DNA of 55,834 nucleotides, taken from the NCBI GenBank assembly GCA_016209865.1, contig JACQVL010000262.1, forward strand, positions 1 to 55,834, written 5' to 3'. The stretch's first letter is position 1. Each line of letters begins with the position of its first letter. The stretch comes from Candidatus Latescibacterota bacterium. GTDB lineage: Bacteria > JAAXHH01 > JACQVL01. The position numbers and the translations under genes were made by a program. Of the stretch, positions 7,975 to 15,817 are shown in pieces. The notes under the pieces were generated by a model, which did no database searches, was not told the origin of the DNA, and saw only the letters and a program-made list of their open reading frames with translations.

Positions 7975-8133
7975 AGGCTGGCGAATATAGTGAAAACACG
8001 GAAGTTCAACGTTTCAATCTGCGCAATCATGGTTCATTCCCTTCCTTCGGACAATATCCATGAATTCCATAAGCCACAGGTTCCAATTCATCAGTTTCCT
8101 CTCTGGAATCCAAGTCATCTGACTGCTGTCACG

Positions 8134-9105
8134 TTACCCCGAACTCGGCCAGACCTCCGGGTTGACGAGATGCGGCGGCCGTTCGCCGCGCAGCACCTGT
8201 AGGGCTTGCGTGATCGCCGTCCGCCATATCCGGTCTTTGCTCGCGCCCGTCACCCCCGCGATGTGCGGGGTGGCGACGACGTCGTCGCGGTGCAGAAGCG
8301 GGTGATCCGGGGGTGGAGGTTCCGGGTCGAACACATCCAGCCCGGCCCCTCGCAGATGACCCCGTTCGAGCGCGTCGAGCAACGCCGTCTCATCGACCAG
8401 CCCGCCTCGTGCGGTGTTGATGAGGATCGCGCCAGGCTTCATCCGGGCCAATCGTTCCGCATCGATCAGACGACGGGTCTCGGCCGTGAGCGGGAGGTGG
8501 AGGGACACCACATCCGCCGCGCGTAAGACCTCTTCGAGGGTGGGCGCGAGGTCGATGCCGAGTTCCATCCCTCGATCAGCAGACACATACGGGTCGTACG
8601 CCATGACGGTCATCCCCAGCGCCCGGCCGATCGTGGCGACGTGCCCACCGATCCGGCCGACGCCGATCAGGCCGAGCCGCAGGCCATGTACTTCCAGTCC
8701 GTGGTGCTCGTTGAAATAATCCCTCGTCCCGCCACGCCGGAGTAGCCCTTCGATGCGCTTGATCTGTTTGGCCACGGCGAGCATCAGGGTGACGGCGTGC
8801 TCCGCCGCCGAGATCGTCGGGCCGTCGGGGGCGTTGCATACCGCGATCCTGCGCGCCGTGGCGTCGGGGATGGAGATGTTGTCGACGCCGATGCCCGTGC
8901 GGGAGATGACCCGCAGGCCGGGCGCCTGATCCATCAACGCCCCGTCGTACCGGATGCGGGCTGAGGCGATGATCGCCTGGGCGTCTGGCAGGGCGATCAG
9001 CGGGGTGTCGGGCGTGGCGCTGGCCGGGCCGAGGGCGACGGCGACCCCGTCGAGCAGCGGGACGTACTGAGGGGACAACGCCCGTTCGAACCAGATGCGG
9101 AACAT
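8134..9105 (-). CDS. D-isomer-specific 2-hydroxyacid dehydrogenase (phosphoglycerate dehydrogenase-like)
   Basis: Start trimmed to the ATG at 9105 (SD GGAGG). NAD-binding GLIGVGRIGGHVA, and a catalytic-region ARGGLVDE..GAGLDVF..EP....PHIAG pattern. Confidence 0.85.
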   Translation of the reverse strand: MFRIWFERALSPQYVPLLDGVAVALGPASATPDTPLIALPDAQAIIASARIRYDGALMDQAPGLRVISRTGIGVDNISIPDATARRIAVCNAPDGPTISAAEHAVTLMLAVAKQIKRIEGLLRRGGTRDYFNEHHGLEVHGLRLGLIGVGRIGGHVATIGRALGMTVMAYDPYVSADRGMELGIDLAPTLEEVLRAADVVSLHLPLTAETRRLIDAERLARMKPGAILINTARGGLVDETALLDALERGHLRGAGLDVFDPEPPPPDHPLLHRDDVVATPHIAGVTGASKDRIWRTAITQALQVLRGERPPHLVNPEVWPSSG

Positions 9106-9142
9106 GAAACCTCCTCCCTCCTCTCCCTTCCCCACCGGGCAG

Positions 9143-9240
9143 GTGGGCAATGGGCAGTGGGCAATCGAAGCCGTTCCCTCGTCTACTGCCCATCTGCCTG
9201 GCGGGGTCGGGTGGCTGTGCGGGGACTGCCTACTGCCCGG
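9143..9240. repeat. Heptamer-arm element (GGGCAGT / ACTGCCC class)
   Basis: Left arm GTGGGCA ATGGGCA GTGGGCA AT (9143-9165). Inverted arms ACTGCCCATCTGCC (9185-9198) and ACTGCCTACTGCCC (9225-9238). Intergenic. Confidence 0.8.
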
Positions 9241-9264
9241 TGGAGCGGGGAGCGGTGGGGCTCA

Positions 9265-10461
9265 TCACACTGTCTGCAACGCCGCCTCGATGTCCGCCAG
9301 AATGTCCTCCACCCCTTCGATGCCGATGGACATCCGCACTAAGCCGTCCCCGATGCCGATCCGCTGGCGCTGCTCCGGCGCGAGGCTGCGATGGGAGGAG
9401 GTGGCGGGATGGAGGACGAGGGTTTCCACGTCGCCCAGGGTGGTGGCGGCCTGGCACAGCCGCAAGCCGTTGATGAACCGCCAGGCCGTCTCCATCGTCC
9501 CATCGCCGAGGTCGAACGCGACCACTCCCCCGAACCCGGCGCCCCCGAACAGGCGGACGGCCCGGTCGTGGTCGGGGTGGCTCGACAGGCCGGGATAATC
9601 GACCCGTGTCACCTTCGGGTGAGCCTCCAAAAACCGGGCGACGGTCATCGCGTTCTCGCAGTGCTGCCGCATCCGCAATGGGAACGTCTTGATGCCCCGG
9701 AGGAGCAGCCACGCCTCGAACGGGCTGAGCACCCCGCCCAAGTTGCGTCGGAGTTTGTCCACCCGGTCGTGGAACGCCGGAGCGACGGCCACCCCGCAGG
9801 TGATGTCCCCGTGCCCGCCTAAGTACTTCGTCCCGCTGTGCACCACACAGTCCACCCCCCACTCCAGCGGGCGGGCCAGGTAGGGAGTGGCGAACGTGTG
9901 GTCGATGACCACCCGCGCGCCGTAGCGATGGGAGAGTTCGACGATGCGGGGGACGTCGATCACCCGGAGCAACGGGTTGGACATCGTCTCGATGTACGTT
10001 GCGGCGACCGCCCCCTTCGCCAGCGTCGCCTCGACCTGATCGAGGTGGTCCGCTTCGACGAACACCGTCTCCACGCCCAGGCCGGCGAGGTCGTTGACGA
10101 GCAGGGCGTACGTCCCGCCGTACAGGTCGCGCGACGCCATGACCGTCCGGCCTGCGCCCACGCCCACCCCTAACAGTCCGGCCAGGATAGCGGCCATCCC
10201 GGAGCCGAACGCGACGGCGGTCTCCGCGCCCTCTAAGTCGGCGACGACCGCTTCCGCCGCGACGACGGTGGGGTTGGCGTAGCGGCTGTAGACGTAGCCG
10301 GTCTCCTTGCCCTCGAACACCCGGACTGCATCCTCGATACGGTCGTAGGCAAAGCTGGATGTCGGGTAGATCGGCGCTGACGTCGGCTGGTGGGAGAAGC
10401 GTCCGGCGTGTTCGGGCGGATGGATGGCGCGTGTGGTGAGCGTGTACGGGCGAGCAGGCAT
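9265..10461 (-). CDS. Cys/Met-metabolism PLP-dependent enzyme (O-acetylhomoserine sulfhydrylase / cystathionine gamma-synthase-lyase family)
   Basis: 398 aa. Motifs PIY.TSSF, YSRY.NPT and HSGTKYLGGHGD (PLP lysine). The C-terminal LVRMSIGIE is typical of the family. Confidence 0.9.
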   Translation of the reverse strand: MPARPYTLTTRAIHPPEHAGRFSHQPTSAPIYPTSSFAYDRIEDAVRVFEGKETGYVYSRYANPTVVAAEAVVADLEGAETAVAFGSGMAAILAGLLGVGVGAGRTVMASRDLYGGTYALLVNDLAGLGVETVFVEADHLDQVEATLAKGAVAATYIETMSNPLLRVIDVPRIVELSHRYGARVVIDHTFATPYLARPLEWGVDCVVHSGTKYLGGHGDITCGVAVAPAFHDRVDKLRRNLGGVLSPFEAWLLLRGIKTFPLRMRQHCENAMTVARFLEAHPKVTRVDYPGLSSHPDHDRAVRLFGGAGFGGVVAFDLGDGTMETAWRFINGLRLCQAATTLGDVETLVLHPATSSHRSLAPEQRQRIGIGDGLVRMSIGIEGVEDILADIEAALQTV

Positions 10462-10478
10462 ACGGGACTCCTTCAGAA

Positions 10479-10517
10479 AGGACGAAGGATAAAGGGCGAA
10501 GGACGAACGAGAAGGAA
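10479..10517. repeat. Single-arm heptamer array (AAGGACG class)
   Basis: AAGGACG AAGGATA AAGGGCG AAGGACG AACGAGA. On the minus-strand mRNA it reads as a CGTCCTT array that ends 17 nt before the start codon at 10461. Confidence 0.8.
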
Positions 10518-10545
10518 TAAAAACGTATTCTCAGGCATTTGTCAA
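10517..10545 (-). promoter_or_regulatory. Possible sigma70-like promoter for the 9265-10461 gene
   Basis: On the minus strand: TTGACA (rc of 10540-10545), 17 nt, then TTTTAT (rc of 10517-10522). This would place the heptamer array in the 5'UTR. Confidence 0.35.
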
Positions 10546-10653
10546 GGGACATGCACGTGAAACGAACATCTCTTGCATAAGACCGGGCGATGTATTATTT
10601 TGAGATAAGAAACTGGCTGAAGAAGTGCCATAAGTTACTGGCATGGCCTCTGC

Positions 10654-10768
10654 GGCCCTCACCCCCGGCCCCTCTCCCACGGCGGGGAGAGGGGAAACGA
10701 GCGTTCTTGTGAAGGACTCCCCCTTTCTCGCCCCTTGTGGGAGAGAAAGGGGGGGGATAGTGAGGGCC
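10654..10768. repeat. Nested palindromic element (two G/C-rich hairpins enclosed by an outer stem)
   Basis: Outer stem GGCCCTCAC (10654-10662) / GTGAGGGCC (10760-10768). Hairpin 1 is CCCCTCTCCC (10669-10678) / GGGGAGAGGGG (10684-10694). Hairpin 2 is CCCCCTTTCTC (10719-10729) / GAGAGAAAGGGGG (10741-10753). Confidence 0.8.
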
Positions 10769-10793
10769 ATCAGGGCGACCCAACCCGGAGGAC

Positions 10794-12266
10794 GTGATGA
10801 TGACAACGTATCGATGGTTTGTGGGACTCATCCTGCTCCTGCCCGTCCTGGCGGTGACACGGACGGCGGGAGCGGAAGAGACGGCATCGCGGGACCCGAA
10901 GCTGCTGCCGGCCTACAGCACGGGCGACATCCAGTTCTCCGTCGATGCCGCCGGGTTCAAAGGGGCCGGCGGGCAGACCTACGAAGAATTGTACCTGCTG
11001 TTACGGCCCAACCAGTTGACACTCGTCGAGAAGGGGAAGAAATTCCAGGGGACGTTCCAGATCGACGGGGTCGTCTACGACGAGAGCGGGGCAGAGAAGA
11101 AACGGTTTTCCGAACAGCGGATGCTCGAGACGGATGAGCCGGTGCTGAAAGACCGCACCGGGAACGAACGGATGATGGTCGATGTCGTGCCAGTCAGCCT
11201 CGACTCCGGGACGTACCGGGTGGATGTGGTCGTCTCGGACCTCAACTCACAGAAGAAGGGGACGTGCATCAAGCAGTTCATGGCCAGCGGGTATGACGAC
11301 GCGACACTGACGATCAGCGATATTCAGTTTTCTACCCTGGCGCAGCCGGACACGACCGCTCATCGATTCACCAAGAACGGGATTCTCGTCGTCCCCAACC
11401 CCGCGCGGTTGTTCGAGAAAAAACCGGATGCCCCGCTCTATGAAGTGGCTGACTCCCCCGTGCGCCCTCCTGAACCGCGTTTGATGTATTTTTACTTCGA
11501 GATCTATAACTTCGCGGTCGATCCATCAGGCGCGCCATCGACGTATGATCTCTCCTTCGCCGTCATCCATGAGGCCGGAGGGGGCCGGCAGACGCTGCCG
11601 GCGCAGAAGAATATCCAGAAACCCGGTTCCAGCAGTGTCAAGGTGTTAAAGCTGGACATCAGTTCGTTCCAGGAGGGAGTCTATACCCTTGAGTTAATGA
11701 TCCACGACAACCTCAGCGGCCAGGATGCCACACGGCGGGCGTTCTTCGAGGTCTTCCAGCCCCCTCCATCGCCAGCGCCGCAGAACGTCCTGACCAAAGC
11801 CCAGGCCGAACGCGGGTACAAAATGCTCAGGTTCATCGCCTCTTCCCGCGACCTGGCGCTGTACAAGAAACTCGACCTGAAAGGGCAGACCGAGTTTCTC
11901 ATCAACTTCTGGAAGGAACGGGATCCCACCCCGGATACCCCGGAGAACGAGTTCTTAGCCGTCCTCAACGAACGCTTTACGTATGCCGAGCGAACCCTGG
12001 GCGGGGCGGACAGCGACCGGGGACGGGTCTGGATGAAGTACGGGGAGCCTGAAGAGATCGAACGGCATCCGTCGGACGCGCGGACGAAGCCTTATGAGAT
12101 CTGGTTCTACACGACGGGTGTCAGGGGCGACGCCTCTCAGTCCACCCAGGGCAGACAGCTCTTCATCTTCGGCGACCGGACGGGGTACGGCAAATACATG
12201 CTCCTCCATTCCTCGGTCGTCGGTGAGACCCACAACCCCAACTGGATCAGCGAATTAGTCGAGTGA
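10794..12266 (+). CDS. Secreted GWxTD-domain-like protein
   Basis: 490 aa. Signal peptide MMMTTYRWFVGLILLLPVLAVTRTAGA. The C-terminal block GGADSDRGRVWMKYGEPEEIERHP....KPYEIWFY matches the GWxTD-domain pattern as I recall it. Confidence 0.75.
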   Translation: MMMTTYRWFVGLILLLPVLAVTRTAGAEETASRDPKLLPAYSTGDIQFSVDAAGFKGAGGQTYEELYLLLRPNQLTLVEKGKKFQGTFQIDGVVYDESGAEKKRFSEQRMLETDEPVLKDRTGNERMMVDVVPVSLDSGTYRVDVVVSDLNSQKKGTCIKQFMASGYDDATLTISDIQFSTLAQPDTTAHRFTKNGILVVPNPARLFEKKPDAPLYEVADSPVRPPEPRLMYFYFEIYNFAVDPSGAPSTYDLSFAVIHEAGGGRQTLPAQKNIQKPGSSSVKVLKLDISSFQEGVYTLELMIHDNLSGQDATRRAFFEVFQPPPSPAPQNVLTKAQAERGYKMLRFIASSRDLALYKKLDLKGQTEFLINFWKERDPTPDTPENEFLAVLNERFTYAERTLGGADSDRGRVWMKYGEPEEIERHPSDARTKPYEIWFYTTGVRGDASQSTQGRQLFIFGDRTGYGKYMLLHSSVVGETHNPNWISELVE

Positions 12267-13565
12267 CCCCTGGCTGAAATACCCGGCCAGTCGTTTCTGC
12301 AGCCGTCCCGCCGCCGGGCCTTCGAGCCGGACGGTCACCCGCACCCCGTCTGGCTCATCCTGACGGGCCAGGACTTCCCCGGCTTTGTAGACCTCCCACA
12401 GCACCCGCGCATCCTGATGAGGGATGTACAGCTCCATCTCTGTCCGAGTCCGGTCGATCACGGCCGCGACCGTGCGGCGTACCCGTTCGATATCCGCCGC
12501 GCTCAGGGCCGAGAGCGCGATGCTGTCCGGATGCTCCTGCTGGAGCCGTTTGAGCAGGCCGGCCTCGCTCAGGCGGTCGATCTTGTTGAAGACGAGCATG
12601 ACAGGCGTCTCGATGACGCCTAACTCCTCCAGGACGGTGTTCACTGTGCTGAGCTGTTCCTCGAACCGGGGATGGCTGACGTCCACGACATGGAGGAGGA
12701 GGTCGGCGCTGAACACCTCGGTGAGGGTGCTCCGGAAAGAGGCGACCAGGTGATGCGGCAGCTTACGGATGAACCCGACGGTGTCAGACAGCAGCGCCTT
12801 CTGGCTGTCGGAGACGGCGATCAGCCGGGTCGTGGAGTCGAGGGTGGCGAACAGCCGGTCCTCGACCAGGGTACCCGCGTGGGTGAAGGCATTGAAGAGG
12901 GTAGATTTCCCGGCGTTCGTGTACCCGACGAGAGCGATGCAGAACATCCGGTTTCGCTGTTTCCGCTGGGTCTTATACGCCTGTTCCACATGCTCAAGCT
13001 GCTGGGCGAGGTGATCGATCCGCTCCCGGAGCCGGCGCCGGTCTAACTCCAACTGCGTCTCGCCGGGGCCTCGCACCCCGATCGCCCCGAACGCCCCGAC
13101 TCCGCCCTCCTGGCGAGACAGGTGCTGCCATTGCCGGGTCAGGCGCGGGAGCATGTACTTGAGCTGGGCGAGTTCCACCTGGATCTTCGCCTGCCGGGAT
13201 TTGGCGCGACGGGCGAAGATGTCTAAGATCAGCCCGCTGCGGTCGAGCACCCGCGTCCCGATGACCCGCTCTAAATTCCTGACCTGCGCCGGCGAGAGGT
13301 CGTCGTCAAAGATGACGAGATCGACGCCCTGGTCGGCGCACAGCGCGGCGAGGTCACGCGCTTTCCCTTCGCCGATGAAATACGTCGGGTTGATGGCGTG
13401 GCGATGCTGGACGACCCGCTCCACGATCTCCGCGCCCGCGGTATCGGCGAGCAGCGCCAGCTCATCTAAGGTGTCATCTGTCTCCCAGGGGGTGACGTGG
13501 GATTGGCTGACACCGACGAGCACGGCGCGTTCTCTGGTTCTTTGAACAGTTTCGTGCAGCGGCAT
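12255..13565 (-). CDS. hflX: GTPase HflX
   Basis: 436 aa. HflX N-domain, coiled linker (LAQLKYMLPRL), G1 LVGYTNAGKSTL, G3 DTVGF, G4 NKID. Confidence 0.92.
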   Translation of the reverse strand: MPLHETVQRTRERAVLVGVSQSHVTPWETDDTLDELALLADTAGAEIVERVVQHRHAINPTYFIGEGKARDLAALCADQGVDLVIFDDDLSPAQVRNLERVIGTRVLDRSGLILDIFARRAKSRQAKIQVELAQLKYMLPRLTRQWQHLSRQEGGVGAFGAIGVRGPGETQLELDRRRLRERIDHLAQQLEHVEQAYKTQRKQRNRMFCIALVGYTNAGKSTLFNAFTHAGTLVEDRLFATLDSTTRLIAVSDSQKALLSDTVGFIRKLPHHLVASFRSTLTEVFSADLLLHVVDVSHPRFEEQLSTVNTVLEELGVIETPVMLVFNKIDRLSEAGLLKRLQQEHPDSIALSALSAADIERVRRTVAAVIDRTRTEMELYIPHQDARVLWEVYKAGEVLARQDEPDGVRVTVRLEGPAAGRLQKRLAGYFSQGSLD

Positions 13566-13572
13566 CTCTCCT

Positions 13573-15675
13573 TTAACTGTCCTCCCGCGCCGGGGTGCGT
13601 GTCAAGAGGCTCTCGACGAGGATGAGCGCCAGCGCTCCCCAGAGGAGGAGTTTCCACACCTCATGCTCCTGCTGGGACTGCAGGATTTCTTCCGCTAAGT
13701 TGGCGTTCGGCTGGACGATCCGCACCGGCGTCCCGTTGAGGAGCCGTCGAACCTCCGCCAGGTCGAGTCGCGCCGGGTCGGATTCTTTCGTGTCCACATT
13801 GACGGCAAACTCGTTCAGCAGGCGGTCGCCCGACTGGATGCGGTAGATCCCGGGCTCGTCCGTATGGGCGACGGTCACGGCCATCCCGCTGTTCGAGGAA
13901 ACGGGTTTCAGGCGTTCTGTCCCGCCGGACGGCAGGACGACCGTGACCGGCTCGTCGGCGTCCGACCAGCTCACCACCCGTTCAGTCGGCGTCCCTACTA
14001 CAATCTCTTTTCCGGATGCATCAAAATCCGTCCCGACGTACCGGACGCCCCGGTGCATCAACGGGACGAACAGGCTCTTGAGGGGAAGATCGCTCCACCG
14101 CATGTTGGGGGCGGAGGGGATGAGCAGGGCGCGGCCTCGCCCGGACTGTCCCTCGACGATCGCCGGAGTCCCGTCACTGAACCGTGCGATCACGCGGGCT
14201 TGCGGGCCGGGGCTGAGCCGGTAGGAGGAGAAGAACCGGGGGGAATCAGCCAGCCAGCCTTGCGCCGGTTTGAAGACCTCGAAGACCGGGTGTTCCTGGT
14301 CGATCCAGCCGACACTCAGGTGCGACTGCTGCTGTCCCGGCGTCCCGATCCGCCCCTGGATGGCGCAAGAGAACAGCGTCGACAACAGGCCGGGGTTGTA
14401 CGAGGCGGCGTTGACCCCGTCGCCGAGGAACAGGATCAGTCCCCCGCCGGAGGCCACGAACCGGTCGAGCGCGGAGAGATGCGCCGGCGAGAGATCCCGC
14501 CCGCCGGTGAGGACGACCACCCGGTACCCGCTCAGCCTGCCCTCGTTGAGCGCATCCACCGGGGCGGTCGTGACGGCCACCGGGGAGGTCATCGCCCCCG
14601 CCGGACTGAGGACGTGCCGGAGAAAATACCCGGATTCCTCATCTGCCACGACGAGCGCGTTGATCTTGTCCGGGATCGTCACCGTGAAATACCGGTGGTT
14701 GTCCGCGTCCAGGTCGTCTTCCTCCAATTCGACGTACCCGGCGTAGTGGCCGGGATCGTCCACTGTCGGACTGAACCGTGCGATGCCCGTCTTGCCCGGC
14801 TCGGCGCTGATTCGCATACTCCCCCGCTTGACCCCGTTGAGGGACAGGCTGACCAGGCGATCCCGGAGCGGCTCCTGGCTTCGATTCGTCACCGTCGCCA
14901 CGATCGATAGGGGCTGCCGGGTCTCGACGAGCCGTCCGCCCAGCGTCACCGCGTCGAGGCTCGCGTTCCGGACCGGGGGAGAGGGCACCGGGAACAGAAA
15001 CAGGTTCACTCTGGGGTCGAGCCGGACGGCCGTCTGCCCCTCCGCTAAGGATCGCCAGTCGTGCTGCTGCACGTCCGTCATTAAGTAGACCTCACGGGTC
15101 AGGGTGCTGGCTTTCGAGAGCAGGGAAGACGCCAGCGTCAACGCCGCTCCGATGTCACCCGGTTTGTTCGACAGGACAGTCTTCTCCAAGGCGGTGCGCA
15201 GCCGGTCGACCCCCTGAACCGGACGGTCGCTCGTCGCGCTCGGTGGCGCGGCCGTCAGGACGAGGACGAGCTCGTCCCCGTCAGACAGGCGGCTGAGAAT
15301 CCGGCGTCCCGTCTCTTTCGCGCGGGCAAACGCCGACTCCTCAGACCCGCCCGCGCCCATGCTGTACGAGTTGTCCAGGACGATGGCGACCGCCGTCTTT
15401 TCGTGCGTCGCCGGACTGAGGACCGAGCCGAACGTGCCCTGTACCGCCGGCCGGGCAAACGCGAACACCGCCAGCGCGATGATCGCCGAACGGACGAGCA
15501 ACAGCAGGATCTGACGAAGCTTGAACGCCCGTGACTGGCGCAGGTGCAGAGGCTTGATGAACGCGATCGAGCTGAAGTCGACCGTGCGGACGCGCTGCCG
15601 GTGGAACAGATGGATGAGGATCGGAATCGCCGCCGCCACGAGGCCGGCTAACATCGCAACATTCAGGAATGTCAT
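13573..15675 (-). CDS. BatA-like N-terminal double-transmembrane-domain protein with a vWA-like region
   Basis: 700 aa. N-terminus MTFLNVAMLAGLVAAAIPILIHLFHRQR....F.S..F, a second TM helix, IVLDNSYSM (MIDAS-like), and a C-terminal TM helix. Confidence 0.8.
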   Translation of the reverse strand: MTFLNVAMLAGLVAAAIPILIHLFHRQRVRTVDFSSIAFIKPLHLRQSRAFKLRQILLLLVRSAIIALAVFAFARPAVQGTFGSVLSPATHEKTAVAIVLDNSYSMGAGGSEESAFARAKETGRRILSRLSDGDELVLVLTAAPPSATSDRPVQGVDRLRTALEKTVLSNKPGDIGAALTLASSLLSKASTLTREVYLMTDVQQHDWRSLAEGQTAVRLDPRVNLFLFPVPSPPVRNASLDAVTLGGRLVETRQPLSIVATVTNRSQEPLRDRLVSLSLNGVKRGSMRISAEPGKTGIARFSPTVDDPGHYAGYVELEEDDLDADNHRYFTVTIPDKINALVVADEESGYFLRHVLSPAGAMTSPVAVTTAPVDALNEGRLSGYRVVVLTGGRDLSPAHLSALDRFVASGGGLILFLGDGVNAASYNPGLLSTLFSCAIQGRIGTPGQQQSHLSVGWIDQEHPVFEVFKPAQGWLADSPRFFSSYRLSPGPQARVIARFSDGTPAIVEGQSGRGRALLIPSAPNMRWSDLPLKSLFVPLMHRGVRYVGTDFDASGKEIVVGTPTERVVSWSDADEPVTVVLPSGGTERLKPVSSNSGMAVTVAHTDEPGIYRIQSGDRLLNEFAVNVDTKESDPARLDLAEVRRLLNGTPVRIVQPNANLAEEILQSQQEHEVWKLLLWGALALILVESLLTRTPAREDS

Positions 15676-15761
15676 CGTTCTATGCTCCCTTTCTATTAAT
15701 ATACGGAGATCATCCCCACCTGTGCAACGGAAAAGTCAGGACGATTTTTCTCGATTTTTGC

Positions 15762-15790
15762 TTGACAGGACGACGGTTATAAGGTACTAT
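15762..15790 (+). promoter_or_regulatory. sigma70-like promoter for carA
   Basis: TTGACA (15762-15767), 17 nt, then TACTAT (15785-15790). Preceded by a T-rich UP-like tract. SD AAAAGGAG lies 7 nt before the ATG at 15818. Confidence 0.45.
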
Positions 15791-15817
15791 GGGCAAATAA
15801 CGAAAAGGAGAACGCTG

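Noticed and set aside
6400-8133. Mobile-element hallmarks around the low-GC island (integrase, transposase, tRNA target, flanking direct repeats).
   Set aside because: None was found by eye at either boundary. The island is therefore called only on composition and gene content, not as a defined mobile element.
8031-8133. A sigma70 promoter for the island ATPase in its AT-rich upstream region.
   Set aside because: The best hexamers are TTGGAA and GATATT, but they are 22 nt apart. No pair has 16-19 nt spacing, so no promoter was called.
9230-10552. Very long ORFs antisense to, or out of frame with, annotated genes. Examples: 423-1130, 9230-10552, 13864-14910, 16981-18003, 19285-20505, 23100-23903, 25512-26600, 27615-28772, 31088-32143, 36091-36858, 40912-41886, 50904-51944.
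   Set aside because: - Their translations are dominated by R/P/G/A/H runs with no motifs.
- Each lies opposite or offset to an ORF with unmistakable family motifs.
- This is the classic shadow-ORF behaviour of a ~65 % GC genome.
10462-10650. A SAM riboswitch upstream of the Cys/Met PLP gene.
   Set aside because: On the minus strand there is a CTTATGCAAGAGA stretch that resembles the SAM-I 5' consensus. The following GGNGGAGGGA...GCCC / CCCGGCAACC elements are absent, and I could not draw the four-helix junction.
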